From the NCBI RefSeq assembly GCF_902652985.1, contig NW_022979151.1:1-64000 (forward strand): DNA of 64,000 nt, written 5' to 3'. Shown here piece by piece: positions 1-11,621 of this stretch. Below the pieces are notes generated by a model, which had not been told where the DNA came from, did not search any database, and was given only the letters and a program-made list of their open reading frames with translations. The position numbers and the translations under genes were made by a program. How positions within the stretch are numbered: the first letter of the stretch is position 1; every line of letters begins with the position of its first letter. The DNA is from Pecten maximus (lineage: Eukaryota).

Positions 1-1055
1 TCCCCGATCACGTTCAGATCTACACTGATGGCTCAAAAGATGGAGTAAAGGTCTCTGCAGCATGCTATTCCGACCACCATTGCTCTTCAATCCGCTTACC
101 AGATGATGCCTCTATCTTCTCTGCGGAAGCATGTGCCATCGATTTGGCCCTCAACCAAATCGAAGAACAATGCATTAGAAAGGCAATAATTTGTTCCGAC
201 TCTCTATCTGTCCTTCAGAATTTACAATCACGAGATCCAAAGAATATACTCATACAAAACCTTGTTTTACGAATATCTCGTATCTTAAAAAAATGCAAAA
301 TAACATTACTTTGGATTCCGAGCCATGTCGGAATTAAAGGCAACGAACTTGTTGACCGCCAAGCAAAACTTGCTCTAAATCTGCAACAAACAAATATTAA
401 AATACCATATACAGATTTCAAACCTGTAATTAGTTCTGCCATTCACAGTAAATGGCAGCAACGCTGGTCTTTCGAGACGAGCAACAAACTTTTTAAAGTA
501 CAACCAAAACTTAAAACATCAAAACCAAGTCGGAAGGATCGTAGAGAGGAAATAGTCCTCTCTCGGCTCCGTACCGGGCACACATATCCTACTCATTCGT
601 TCCTTTTGAAACGAGAGGATCCACCGATGTGTTATGCATGTGATGCTCAATTCACATTGGAGCATTTTTTAATAGAATGTTCCGATTTCAAGCACATTCG
701 TGATAGATACCCTTTTCAGTTCCGTGGACTCGAAAACAATATTTAGCTACTTGAAAGAAATCGATCTATTTTATAGACTTTGATGTCTTTTATGTTGCTG
801 TCTTTGACGTTCTATTTATAACAAAGTTCACATAATCTATTCGTACATATTACTTCATATAATCTATTCGTACATGTATATATTTTACCATTTTTAACCA
901 ACTTTTTTATCATTATGATCTAAATATACAATACGGATGGTTTTAAAAATGACAAATTTTATCTGATTTTAACTTTAAAAATAAAACTTGTTAGTATATT
1001 GTTTGGCCCTAAATGACCCTAGTTGTCGATGGGCCGTAAAACACAAACAAACAAA
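1..1055 (+). mobile_element. 3' end of I-clade (Nimb-like) LINE: RNase H, C-terminal CCHC, 3'UTR, (CAAA)n tail
   Basis: YTDGSK...ICSDS...WIPSHVGIKGNE RNase H motifs and CYACD..EHFLIEC; small deletion near 710; tail ggccctaaatgaccctagttgtcgatgggccgtaaaacacaaacaaacaaa shared with copies at 51-63 kb. Confidence 0.92.
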
Positions 1056-1379
1056 ATCTACCGGACAAGCCGACTAGGTACGGGATCACACTGAGACCTA
1101 GGCAATGGCGTAATCTGATAGAGAAAATGGACGAAATAAACTCTGCAATAAGACCGGATAATGAGGCGGAGAAAAGGAAGCAGTTGCTCCTCGAATTGTT
1201 AGCTGACAGGATGCTGGACTTGATAGAGGAGGCATCAAAAGAGAATTGCGCCGGATGTAAAGTGGATCATCCCTCGCAGGTGAAGCACATGTCCGGCGGA
1301 TGTTTATCGGAAATGGACGAAAAGATATCACACTATTATGACGAATGCCGGGATAGCCCATACCGAAATAAAGCACACT

Positions 1380-1850
1380 AAAGTATACTTTTATGCTACT
1401 TTAAGTATACACTTTTTCCTACTTTTTTGAAAAAGTACCAAAAAAGTATACTTTTTTTGTACTTTTCTGGACTTAGAAATTTTTCAGAGTACTTTTTCTG
1501 TACTAAATTTGGACTCTGAAATTTCTCAGAGTACTTTTTTTGTACTTTTCTGGACTTAAAAACTTTTCAGGGTACTTTTTCTGTACTTTATTTGGACTCT
1601 GAAATTTTTCAGAGTACTTTTTTTGTACTTATTCTGGACTTAGAAATTTTTCAGGGTACTTTTTCTGTACTTTATTTGGACTCTGAAATTCTTCAGAGTA
1701 CTTTTTTTGTGCTAAAATCTGACTTAGAATTTTTTTGAAAGATTGTGAAAATATGGATGTACTTTTTTCCTACTTTTTGGGACTTAGAATTTTTCAGCTA
1801 ATGCCATTGTGCTTTTTTTGTACTTATTATGGACTTAGAATATTTTCAGA
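1380..1850. repeat. Left subterminal array (~39-40 bp units, GTACTTTT...GGACT..GAAATT)
   Basis: Repeated gtactttttttgtacttttctggacttagaaatttttcaga-like units. Confidence 0.85.
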
Positions 1851-4274
1851 CATTGTGAGGGGTTATAGCATATTAATATTTTCAAAATTAAATCTGACTT
1901 TTTCAGTCGACTACAAATCTAAGACTAAAAAAATAATACCCAGGATTAACCACAACAAATATCTATCAAATAAGATACAGAAAATTATCATTTGGTAATA
2001 GTAAATGTTTTTGATCTCGTTTTTTGTTGGGTTTTTTTGTGTGTCTTTTTTATGTTCTAAAAAATACTTTTCATACTTTGATCAGTACCACAGAAATTTA
2101 TCTAAAAATAATTAAAATTCAACAATTATTATCATAAGTATTTCACTTCAATGTACTTTGTTAGTAAGGTTCACACATTTTAACGGTGATTTCTTTGTCA
2201 CTTTTCGTTTGTATTTCCATATGCATCTCAGAAGTAATAAACTTCACATTGATGAATGAAACTTCACATTGATGAATGTTACTATACGTTCATGTGACGA
2301 ACGTCAAAACTTAGCTCTATAAAAATTTTGTTCCAGATCGTTCTTTGAAGTTACAGTATTTTGGCTTTAATTATAAACTCTTTAACGGAGTTTAAAACAT
2401 TTCGTTTATCCAAACGTTAACCTCTACCAGATCGGGGATCACTCTACGAACACACATGTGCCCGTGCCTGTAATACGCTTTTAATTCATTCAAATGAAAT
2501 TAAGATCACCTGCTCTTTGTCTGCATATCATATACTTGCTGGATATACGTGGTTTTAAGATTACATCTGATAATTGCACCCGAAATCACGTCGTGTTCTG
2601 TCAAAATATTCACCGATATACTCATATAAACATGTGTAATACTGATATAGTCACTCGGACGCTTCTTTGTAAAACGTATATTGAAGTTAAGCGCTGTGAT
2701 GATCTCGATCTCGATATGGCTTGACTGACAACAAACAGGCATGATCAAGAAACAATATTCCGGTATTTAAATCAGAATTACATCGCATTCATTGAAATGG
2801 TGAAAGTGAACACAAAAAGAAAACTTTAATTTGTGTGATATTTATTTAGCAAGATCGTACGATAATTCGGACAACGACACAATGTAGCTGTACTCTAATC
2901 TGTTGTAGAATGATCTCGTAGGAGTGTTGTGTGTACAAATAAAATACTCTATTGTATACAAAAATCAAGATAAATACCAAGATCTATCATAAATATTTTA
3001 ATTGATATAGTAGACGGCTTGAATAACTGCAACACCAAGATCGATCAAAAATATTTCAACTGTTTTAAACTAAATCTTGAAACCTGTGTGTTAAGCTAAC
3101 AAAGCGATCAGGATATATGCTTAACGTCGTACCGAAAGTTAATTTCACCCGTGGTGTTAATTAATATAAGCGACAGTCGACTGTAATGGCAAATCATACC
3201 TAGCTTTATTGTTTATTGGAGTTACCTGTGTACCTCCCGTCTCACCTGTACACATATTGCCCCTCTTAGACTAAGTCTTATGCCCGCGGCGTTAATTATA
3301 ACAATTTATATTGTCAAGCTTGACTGCCTTTCACTACGATCAGATCACAGGTGCCTACCCTCATTTAAACAAAACATCCGGATTACATAACAGGTACTGA
3401 CGAGGCTTATACCTGTGTCAGATTACCATCGGTCGGTTCACCTATGACCTCGGGGCCGTGATCTCGTTTGTTTACTTCGGTTTACGGAATCTACCGAGAT
3501 TTGACGAGTTCGCTTCGTGCGATCATTTTTTGCAATGTGCAAGCTTTAAATGCTGAAGTAGTAATACCAAAAGTATGAAACAATAGAGGTTAAGGAAGTA
3601 GAATATAAAAAAACAAGTAATAAAAGAATGAAATCGATACAGTAGATCTCCGACAAAACTTTTTTTTATCCCATGATGCAACAAACAGCGAGATTTTAGC
3701 GGGAAGTCTGATAGCCATGTTTGAATTTCACCGGATGTTTATCTACGGAAGAAACATAAACAAACACGATTTTGATATAGAATAGCCTAAAAACGAAATT
3801 CATTTTCTTGCCTAACTGAAGAAGATCGACTATCTGTCAGTAAGTGGCCAAAGAATATCAGCTATCAGCTTTCTTGTTGTTTTTGGCGACAAATGCTCAT
3901 TTTCACCCGAAAATATCACAGATATCGCGACCAGGTAAGTTTACAATTTTATTATTTAAATCTATTTCGTCTTCTGCACGTTCCTACATCGTTTCACATC
4001 ATATAGGTGAATAGGGGCCTACACATGTTAATATTAATACTTGATTACTTCGTGTTTCAGGGTTTTCATAATGAATTCATCACCGATTACAGTTTACACG
4101 ACCCGAGTTTAATTAACAAAGAACTGCTAGATCCACGTGTGTTTCAATCGTAAGTATTCAATTTACAGATTTATGCTACCATACGCCTGGGATTTTATAA
4201 GCATCCTGATTGATAGCACCCAAATATTTAGAACAAGAAGAATTTTATTTCTTTATTGACGAACTTCGACGTAG

Positions 4275-4303
4275 CAGAGACCTATATACTATATAGGTCT
4301 CTG
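4275..4303. mobile_element. 29-bp perfect palindrome with 7-bp flanking direct repeat (minimal MITE or transposon remnant)
   Basis: GACGTAG-[CAGAGACCTATATA c TATATAGGTCTCTG]-GACGTAG. Confidence 0.7.
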
Positions 4304-5809
4304 GACGTAGTTATATTGCATTTTTATTTCTGTCACGTAACGGTAAATTCGTAATATCTTTACTACATATTTCATGCATTTTGACAAATTTCCAAGTAAT
4401 TTTTATGACTTCGTTTTTCAATGGAATTTATTGAAATTTCACTTACATGTAAAGAATTATTTGCTTATTCATCTGATAATATTTACAGAATTTTTTGTAG
4501 TTGATTTCAAGAGATATTGCATAAAATTTCAAAAAAAATAGCAATGACATTTTTAAGTTAGAATATAAGAACGAAAGTAACGTCACATTTCGGGCAACAT
4601 GTGTATATCTATTTTAGGGAATATATGTAAAAATATCGGTAAATGAGCTAATAATTGTCTACTATAGTATATGGAATTTGAAGAAAATACATTCAAAAAC
4701 GAAGTCAATAAAATCCATTGAAAATTTGTTGTATGTCATGATCATGATCAATTCACAAAAAAATGATCTCAAGAAATGATTGAATAAAAAAAAATCTGTG
4801 TTTTGGAGTATTTTGATAGTTAGTTGCATAATTTAAGATGAAACAAACTGTCAGAGAATTCTGGAGTAGCTTGATTAGTACTTATCCTTATAATTAAAAG
4901 TTTTATGTTGTAGCTTTAAACTTGTATACCTGTGGCTAGCTTTTCTTGATAAAAAGACTTCCAAGCAGACATGCATGTAATAAATGACAGTAAAGTGATC
5001 AGGTGCATATATAAGGAAAATTATCTACATTTTTATATTGAACAAATCTTCACAATTATTCTAAGTTTTGATATAAAAAATATTTTAAAATTTTCTCTTT
5101 CCTCCAACAGACTATGCAGTACATTCTGAAGTGACGGAAAGCTTGAAGATATTGTATTGTGGTCCGAATTGAGGGCAATGATTCGCATAAAGCAAAAAAG
5201 GAATGAAGAGAATCAGACATTTTATTTTTCGAATTCACACTTACTTGGAATTGACCAGTTTAAGCAAGCAACATTATGCATATACCATACTTCATTGTAT
5301 TCAGTATGCATTTATGCATTGTTTTTTATTTACATTTTTTTGTTGTGTTTCCTCAAGAGGAATTATGATTCAACAATTTTTACAAATGTTATTGCCCTTT
5401 TTATTTAGAATACACTTGTAGTATATTTTTTTGTCTGGATCTCCTACATACACATGATATAAAATTGTGTTTTCCTGCTTGAAAAAAATATTAGAATAAT
5501 TTATCAAAAGTTATTGCCCTTATACATAGATGTCCATCTGTAAATCCTTAACCTCACCCTTAAACAAATTTCGAGCTTATTAGATCAAGACTTTGCTATG
5601 GCATGAAATTATACTCAGTGGAATTGTGATTGGATAACTAATCTTGTATTTCAATGTTTGTTTTCACTTGATACAATTGTGCATTTCTCTTAGGAATGGG
5701 ACTGATGTATGTATTGTTTAAGCATGCAGTATTCTCATTTAAGCTTATCTCCTATATTTTCAGAACTAATTTCCTACACCATTAAATTAAGTCCCTTTTT
5801 TTGGTAATT

Positions 5810-6530
5810 TTTTCCTACTTTTTCAGTACTTTTTTTATACTTTTTCAGTACAAATTTCCTACTTTTTTAGTACTATTTTCCTACTTTTCTAGTACTTTTT
5901 TCCTACTTTTCCACTACTTTTTCAGTACTAATTTCCTACCTTATTGGTACTTTTTTCCTACTTTTTCAGTCCTAATTTCCTTCTTTTCAATACCATTTTC
6001 CTACTTTTTTGATACTTTTTCAGTACAAATTTCCTGCTTTTTTAGTACTATTTTCCTACTTTTCTAGTACTTTTTTCCTACTTTTCCACTACTTTTTCAG
6101 TACTAATTTCCTACCTTATTGGTACTATTTTCCTACTTTTTCAGTACTAATTTCCTGCTTTTTCTGTACCATTTTCATACTTTTTTTGTACTTTTGTACT
6201 TTTTTTGTACTTTATGGACTTACCTGTAAAAGTACTAAAAAAGTATAAAAGCACAAAAAAAGTACACCATCAATTTGGCCCTGTGCACTTTATACTATTA
6301 TTGTACTTTTAATGTACTTTTTCTGTACTATATTTGTGCTTTTTCTGTACTTAATGAAAACAATAAAATGTACTAAAGGTATACTTTTGTTAGACTTTTT
6401 TTGTACTTTAGTACTTTTTTTGACTCAATTTGGAACCGTGTTGGAATATCGGTTCCAAATTGAGTCAAAAAAAACATACTTTTTCTATGCTTTTTTAGTA
6501 CTTTTTTCCCATACTTTTTTTGTACTTTAT
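5810..6530. repeat. Right subterminal (CCTACTTTT/GTACTTTT)n array of the CACTA-like element
   Basis: Low-complexity tactttt units including an internal ~180-bp duplication. Confidence 0.85.
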
Positions 6531-6984
6531 TTCGGTGTGGGAGGTTAAAGGAAATGGACAATAAGGTGACCATTTTGCGTAAAGCACTGATGCTAACGGA
6601 CACAAAAGTGGAAGTTAAAATCTGGGGAGAACTACTAAGTCTAAAGGAGACCTCAGACGAAGAAATAAAGGCGACAATGACAAGCCCTGTGGAAGAATGG
6701 GATTTTGTTATTAGACAATAGACTCGTTTGTTTGTACATTTGTATGTTAAAAAAAATAAAAATCATTTCAAAGCTGTACAATCTTTATTCGGGAAATCAT
6801 ATACAATATTAAACGAGCATGAACTAAAAACATCTTTGTTTGTTTTGTCATATAAGAAAACAACACAAAATATTCGCAGTGCACAGGACTTTCGTGGTGT
6901 TTTATAAAATATTATCTATACACGTATCTAAATCTAACCACGAACGTCCCTGAATTGCGAATATTTCGTGTTGATGCGAATCGT

Positions 6985-8281
6985 TCACTTGGAAATTACT
7001 ATGACGTTACGAGTCTGGTCTATTTCAAAGACGTCGTCGAATTCAGAGTACAATATGCAGGAGACAGTCTCCGTTAGCGTATTGGAAAAGGCTATCTCCA
7101 GTCTAACGTCCGCGTTTTGACTCGGAGACAGGTGCTCGTCCTCGCCAAAGGTCGGAGTCAACTGAAAGCCGTACAAAGCAAAGCCACGCGACCAGTCGTC
7201 ACGGTCGAGGGCATTGTCCGTATCGAGGTCGGCCTTGTCGGCGACAAGAAGGCCGTGACGTAGCACTGGGCTTTGTTGGCGAACTCCAATTTGTGGGGTC
7301 GATACGGTACACTGACGTTGTTTACAAACAACCCAACGCTCGATGCACCGTAGGACTGAAAGTTGAATGGATTCCTAGTGTATGAACCTGTATAGGCATC
7401 GCCCGCCACCAATCCCATAATGACCTTTGAGGGTAGTTTGCCTTGATCTACTTAGACAATATATTGTCCCAGATAAATGTCGACTAATTTGCGGGTATCG
7501 TGGCGACCTTGACATTAGAGCTTGTAAAAGGGTATTTGGCCGGAGACACCTCTAGGGCTTTGTTGTGCCTGACGAGCACGCCTGCGTTGACCTGAACACG
7601 ACATAGACGGAACATGACATCCTGTAGCTCGATCCTGTAATCCGGGTTCTGGACCCCCGACATCAATACGAACGGAGTCCTATTTCTATAGAGTTTAATG
7701 TCGAGATCGACTCCGTTCAATATGTATCGATTGAGATGACAGACGTCCTCGCACAGTCTGCCCAACATGTCGACCGTAGCGCTGTTCTTACTGAACTCGT
7801 TCCGCTCGAATAGTCCGCTATTAGCACCGTCCGGATCTGTCTCGTCCATACTCCCGGGCGTGTCCTGGTAGTAGAGTTGAGAGGTGAGCTGGCCTCTTTT
7901 AGAACTTATCCCGTAGTTCAAGAGTGTTTGTATATACGCCTTATATGCGTAATTACCCGAATTCAGCGACAGTAGCTTCCCTTGCAATGAAACCTCGACC
8001 TGACCCCAAAGAGTCTGGAGCGGCAGGTTGACGTAACCAGTCTGTTCCTTGGCGGAGAGGGGCGTGCCGTCCTGTTTGACGATGCGTGCCTTCACATACA
8101 ATACGCTCCTGTCGAGTGCTATATAATCGCTGCTCTGTCCGGAAATGTGAAACTCGACAGGACCGCTACCGCTGATCTGGGAGATGGGTCTGCAGTCCAC
8201 GTAGTATAGCTTCTCCACCGCGGCCTGCGTCGGTGGAAGGGAGAAAAGCATCAGCTCCGACGGAAGTCCTTCGTCCTGCAT
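6985..8281 (-). pseudogene. Polinton major capsid protein (double jelly-roll), with a premature stop and frameshifts
   Basis: N-terminal SELMLFSLPPTQ, YAYKAYIQTLLNYG, NPFNFQ, C-terminal FEIDQTRNV; split over ORFs 7484-8284, 7158-7418 and 6985-7266. Confidence 0.9.
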
Positions 8282-8556
8282 CACGAAAAATTAGTCTTTC
8301 TTCTCTTCTGGCGCGGAACACGCGTCGCTGATTTCCGTTTCCCCTGAGGGGCCTCTTGTCTGAGCTCCGATTTGGCTTGTTCGACCGTCTGTTGGACGGG
8401 GGAAACTATACGTATTTCGTCTCGTCGTTTCAAGGGCACTATGGAAGCACGTGCAGGACGTCCGACGCCGCCACTGCGTCGCTGCAAGCTAGAATCGGAA
8501 GCGGATTTCACAAAGAATCGAGTCCACTTCTCCACGTCCGGCAAATATACGGTCAT
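8281..8556 (-). CDS. Small Arg/Lys-rich protein, probable Polinton core/structural protein
   Basis: 91 aa, basic, VSPVQQTVEQAKSEL; sits between mCP and MCP with overlapping stop/start codons. Confidence 0.65.
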   Translation of the reverse strand: MTVYLPDVEKWTRFFVKSASDSSLQRRSGGVGRPARASIVPLKRRDEIRIVSPVQQTVEQAKSELRQEAPQGKRKSATRVPRQKRRKTNFS

Positions 8557-8966
8557 CTCAGGTAGTATCTAGGCTTGAAATGCAGAGTCACAGTGACGGG
8601 TTGTTTTAGGAATGTCGCGAGTGTTCCATCGCTCGTCCTAATTGTGAAGTCAACCGAGCGAGTGTCCTTTATTACCACCGGTATGTAATACGGCGAGGAA
8701 AACACGACCTGTTCTGTCTGTTCCGCCCGAATGCGTCTTAGCAATGGCTTCTGGTCTCCCGCCACGAATACCGATCCGATCAGATCGCTATACACGTAAA
8801 GGGGCGTGTCAATCTGATCTCCTATGTCGATCTCGCACAGACCGGCACACCATGTGTATTCATCAAATCGCACGGGAGTTTTAAGCTCGGCGGTGAAGCA
8901 ATGAGGCATGTTTGACGGATGACGGGACAAGCTATCGTCGCTTGACGCGACGACGTAAAAATCCAT
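8553..8966 (-). CDS. Polinton minor capsid (penton-like) protein
   Basis: FYVVASSDDS..HPSN..HCF..EL..P..W.AGL.EI N-terminus; LYVYSDLI..VAG..PLLR; VTLHFK C-terminus. Confidence 0.85.
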   Translation of the reverse strand: MDFYVVASSDDSLSRHPSNMPHCFTAELKTPVRFDEYTWCAGLCEIDIGDQIDTPLYVYSDLIGSVFVAGDQKPLLRRIRAEQTEQVVFSSPYYIPVVIKDTRSVDFTIRTSDGTLATFLKQPVTVTLHFKPRYYLR

Positions 8967-8974
8967 ATATCATA

Positions 8975-10105
8975 TCATATGTCTCTCACCGCATCGGCAT
9001 CTATCAAGCTATTATAATCGCTCGGCCAACCCATCCACTTAACGAGTAACTGTTTCTTCCTGTTACGTAACCTCTTCTTCAGGACGCGTTCTATGCGGTA
9101 TTGTAAACTTTCCGGGTCAATAACTCTCTGTAGCTCGCTCTCGTACACCGTCCCGCTAATCTCCCGTCCATTGTAATCCTTTAGTTTATAGATTGGAATG
9201 TTTTGTTTGTAAAACCGAGCAGCTATCGTAAATATCTCCCCAGTAAAGGTCTCGTGGAATGTTCTCGTGAAAGCTTGCCTCAGGTGTGAAATCCTCACTG
9301 CGTCGCCAACCTTGAACTTAAATACCGATCGGAGTTTTGGTTTTTTTACTTCTTTTTTAACACGTGTTGTCTTCCTCTTCTTTGTCTGGGGATAGTAGAG
9401 TTTCAGCATGACCTCGGCTTCGTTCTCCTCTGTGACGTCTGCAGGCGCCATCCCGTGCAACGCGGAATGCGGAGTCTGGTTGTAGCTCTTGACGATCTCG
9501 GGGAGAACGTCCAGGTATTGGTGGGTCTGCTTATGGTTCATGTAGCGGAAGAGACCGTTTCTTATCGTCTTTATCACCCTTTCCGCTACCGCTGCTTTAA
9601 CCTCATTGTCCGTGACGAAGTGTTCTATCCCCTTACGGCGGAAGTACGCCTCCAACTTCCGGGAGCAGAATTCCGCTCCTCGGTCTGTTCTGACCTTGAC
9701 CATCGTCCGTTCCCCGAGCACCTTATCGAATCCCGCTATCACGGAATCGGCCGTTTTGTTCTTTAGCGGGGCGACCATCAGATATTGACTAAAGTCGTCG
9801 ATGCATATCAGTAGGAACCTCACGTCCCTGTTGTCGGCACTGAGGTTCGACACATCCATCAAGTCGCAATCCCACTCCTTGTTTAGCCCGGCGGTAAGTA
9901 TTTGCTGGCGACGGAAGCGCCGACGTACAGGTCGGTTTAGGCTGTAGGGTTCCTGTCTCTGTAACCAATGTCTTATCCTCCGGAGACCTATGCGATGTTT
10001 CCCCTCCCTCCTAACTAGGCGATACAACTGCTCGGGACTTCGGAATGCCCTGGGATTCGACCAGTCAAAATATTTGTCAGCGAGGTATCTATCGACGTCG
10101 GCCAT
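8975..10105 (-). CDS. Polinton retroviral-like (rve) integrase with C-terminal chromodomain
   Basis: D,D35E (WDCDLMD, TDRGAEF, AER); YRIERVLKKR...LLVKWMGWP chromodomain; intact 376-aa ORF. Confidence 0.95.
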   Translation of the reverse strand: MADVDRYLADKYFDWSNPRAFRSPEQLYRLVRREGKHRIGLRRIRHWLQRQEPYSLNRPVRRRFRRQQILTAGLNKEWDCDLMDVSNLSADNRDVRFLLICIDDFSQYLMVAPLKNKTADSVIAGFDKVLGERTMVKVRTDRGAEFCSRKLEAYFRRKGIEHFVTDNEVKAAVAERVIKTIRNGLFRYMNHKQTHQYLDVLPEIVKSYNQTPHSALHGMAPADVTEENEAEVMLKLYYPQTKKRKTTRVKKEVKKPKLRSVFKFKVGDAVRISHLRQAFTRTFHETFTGEIFTIAARFYKQNIPIYKLKDYNGREISGTVYESELQRVIDPESLQYRIERVLKKRLRNRKKQLLVKWMGWPSDYNSLIDADAVRDI

Positions 10106-10304
10106 GTTCGACGAAGGCGCACGACACCAGAATGACTTCCTTTAAGTCGCAAAGCTGCGAGAGTGTCTCTGGAGACAGGGATAAGTCGCGTTTGCCCTTC
10201 CTGAGTTTGATCCAGCATCGCGTTTTACGTCGCGATATGCTGACACTGAGCCCTTCGTCTATAACACAGACCACCTTGTTACGCCCTTTCCATTGAACGT
10301 CCAT
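10089..10304 (-). CDS. PC4-like small ssDNA-binding/coactivator protein (71 aa)
   Basis: Beta-strand pattern then KRDLSLSPETLSQLCDLK; visibly homologous to the ORF at 56974. Confidence 0.6.
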   Translation of the reverse strand: MDVQWKGRNKVVCVIDEGLSVSISRRKTRCWIKLRKGKRDLSLSPETLSQLCDLKEVILVSCAFVEHGRRR

Positions 10305-10305
10305 A

Positions 10306-10986
10306 ATGAGTGCCTGTCCACTTCCGTTTCTCACCCCTTGTTCTATCTACGTTAGCGGGCCGACGCAGAGTGGTAAGACCACATTCACGCGTCGATTAAT
10401 AGATAACATAGAGCGTGGCGTATTGTCTCCTCCCCCGGAAAGGGTGATATATGCCTATTCCCAATGGCAGCCGGCTCTAGAGCGATTAGAAGCGGACCGA
10501 CCCGATGTAATCTTCTTTCATAGTCTACCGCACAAACAGCAGATCGAGTCGTGGAGCGCTGGCGGTAGGTCTTTACTTCTAGTTTTGGACGACCTAATAT
10601 TTAGAATCGTAGAAGATAGAGATTGTTTGGAATTATTCACGGTCGGTGTTCACCATAGCAACATCACCGTGGTTTACCTGTCTCAAAACGTGTTCCCGCC
10701 TGGCAAGTACGCGAGAAGCATAAATCTAAATGCTCATTATATGGTGCTCTTTAATAATCAGCGTGACGCCTTTCAATTGTCCGCACTCGCCCGGCAGCTC
10801 TTCCCTAAAAACGCGTCGTACTTCACCGACAGTTATAAAAAGGCAGTGGAGGATAAAGCGTATGGATACCTAGTCGTGGACCTGTCGCCTAGGACGCCCA
10901 CCAACTTGCGCACCGAAGTGTTTCCGGGTGAAGTGCCGACAGTGTATGTGCCGCGAAATCAGCAGCCACCTGACCGGCTAGTATGA
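10306..10986 (+). CDS. Polinton genome-packaging ATPase (A32/FtsK-like)
   Basis: Walker A GPTQSGKT, Walker B LLVLDDL, HHSNITVVYLSQN, YGYLVVDL. Confidence 0.95.
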   Translation: MSACPLPFLTPCSIYVSGPTQSGKTTFTRRLIDNIERGVLSPPPERVIYAYSQWQPALERLEADRPDVIFFHSLPHKQQIESWSAGGRSLLLVLDDLIFRIVEDRDCLELFTVGVHHSNITVVYLSQNVFPPGKYARSINLNAHYMVLFNNQRDAFQLSALARQLFPKNASYFTDSYKKAVEDKAYGYLVVDLSPRTPTNLRTEVFPGEVPTVYVPRNQQPPDRLV

Positions 10987-11375
10987 GCAAAAATCTTAAA
11001 TCGAATTGGAACTTCGTGACGCTGCTTGCTAGGACACACGCCGCTCAGCGGAAGCGAATGCTAGAATCGCTCACTGTATCTCAGACTCGTGCATTTTGCG
11101 AAATCATCAGAAACATTGTTTATAACCCGAAACTGCCGCCCTCTCCCCAGTACCTTCGACGTCTGAGGAGACATAAAAGGATACTATTGCGTCTCGCGGA
11201 GAGGAATTCTTCCTTGTCCGATAAAAAAAGGATTTTACAACGTGCCGGTGCCGTTATAGGCAAGGCCTTGAAACCTCTGCTACCGAAATTGGAAAGTGTT
11301 ATAAATGGCAACCGAATACGTTATCATTCCGAAGGAGCGTTACGAGAGGATGAAAGAAAGAAAGGAGACGCTTGA
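10983..11375 (+). CDS. Conserved basic Polinton protein (PW-like)
   Basis: Pattern L..L....RK..L...CEI..N...L...K..L..LA....KK.ILQ.G; immediately follows the ATPase. Confidence 0.75.
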   Translation: MSKNLKSNWNFVTLLARTHAAQRKRMLESLTVSQTRAFCEIIRNIVYNPKLPPSPQYLRRLRRHKRILLRLAERNSSLSDKKRILQRAGAVIGKALKPLLPKLESVINGNRIRYHSEGALREDERKKGDA

Positions 11376-11481
11376 GAAGACAGAGAAGGAACCTAAAAAG
11401 AAAATAGTGACAAAGACCGTAAAAGATGTGTCATACTCTCCTCCGGGAGAACGCGTGGTGCCTATGAACTGGATTAAATGA
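11305..11481 (+). CDS. Short 58-aa basic Polinton ORF (MATEYVIIPKERYERM...PPGERVVPMNWIK), below the ORF-track cutoff
   Basis: ATG at 11305, TGA at 11479-11481, overlapping the end of the PW-like gene. Confidence 0.55.
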   Translation: MATEYVIIPKERYERMKERKETLEKTEKEPKKKIVTKTVKDVSYSPPGERVVPMNWIK

Positions 11482-11621
11482 TACTCTCTGTCTATTATAT
11501 ATATATATATATATGTGATCTTTTTTTTTCTCTCCCTAAAAGACTTAGCCCCTAAGTCTCTTTCGTCGGAAACTCACCCCCCGAGTCTCCGATGGACAGG
11601 ATTCCCGTGTGTAATAATTGA

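Larger units (their letters stand above)
1357..6541. mobile_element. Non-autonomous CACTA/EnSpm(CMC)-like DNA transposon, 5.2 kb
   Basis: TIRs CCCATACCGAAATAAAGCAC / GTACTTTATTTCGGTGTGGG, 2-bp TSD AG, GTACTTTT-rich subterminal arrays, no transposase ORF. Confidence 0.8.
1127..6721 (+). pseudogene. Polinton accessory protein with CxxC..HPSQxxH..C putative Zn-binding motif (135 aa restored), split by CACTA-like insertion
   Basis: Joining 1127-1356 to 6544-6721 (removing the element and one AG copy) restores an open frame ...YYDECRDRLKEMDNK...WDFVIRQ*; AATAAA follows near 6756. Confidence 0.75.

Noticed and set aside
5801-6603. Phe-rich hydrophobic ORFs
   Set aside because: They are translations of T-rich subterminal repeats.
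6985-11481. Bacterial or phage contamination (GC-richer, overlapping intronless genes)
   Set aside because: The gene set is Polinton-type and is contiguous with eukaryotic TEs and poly(A) signals.
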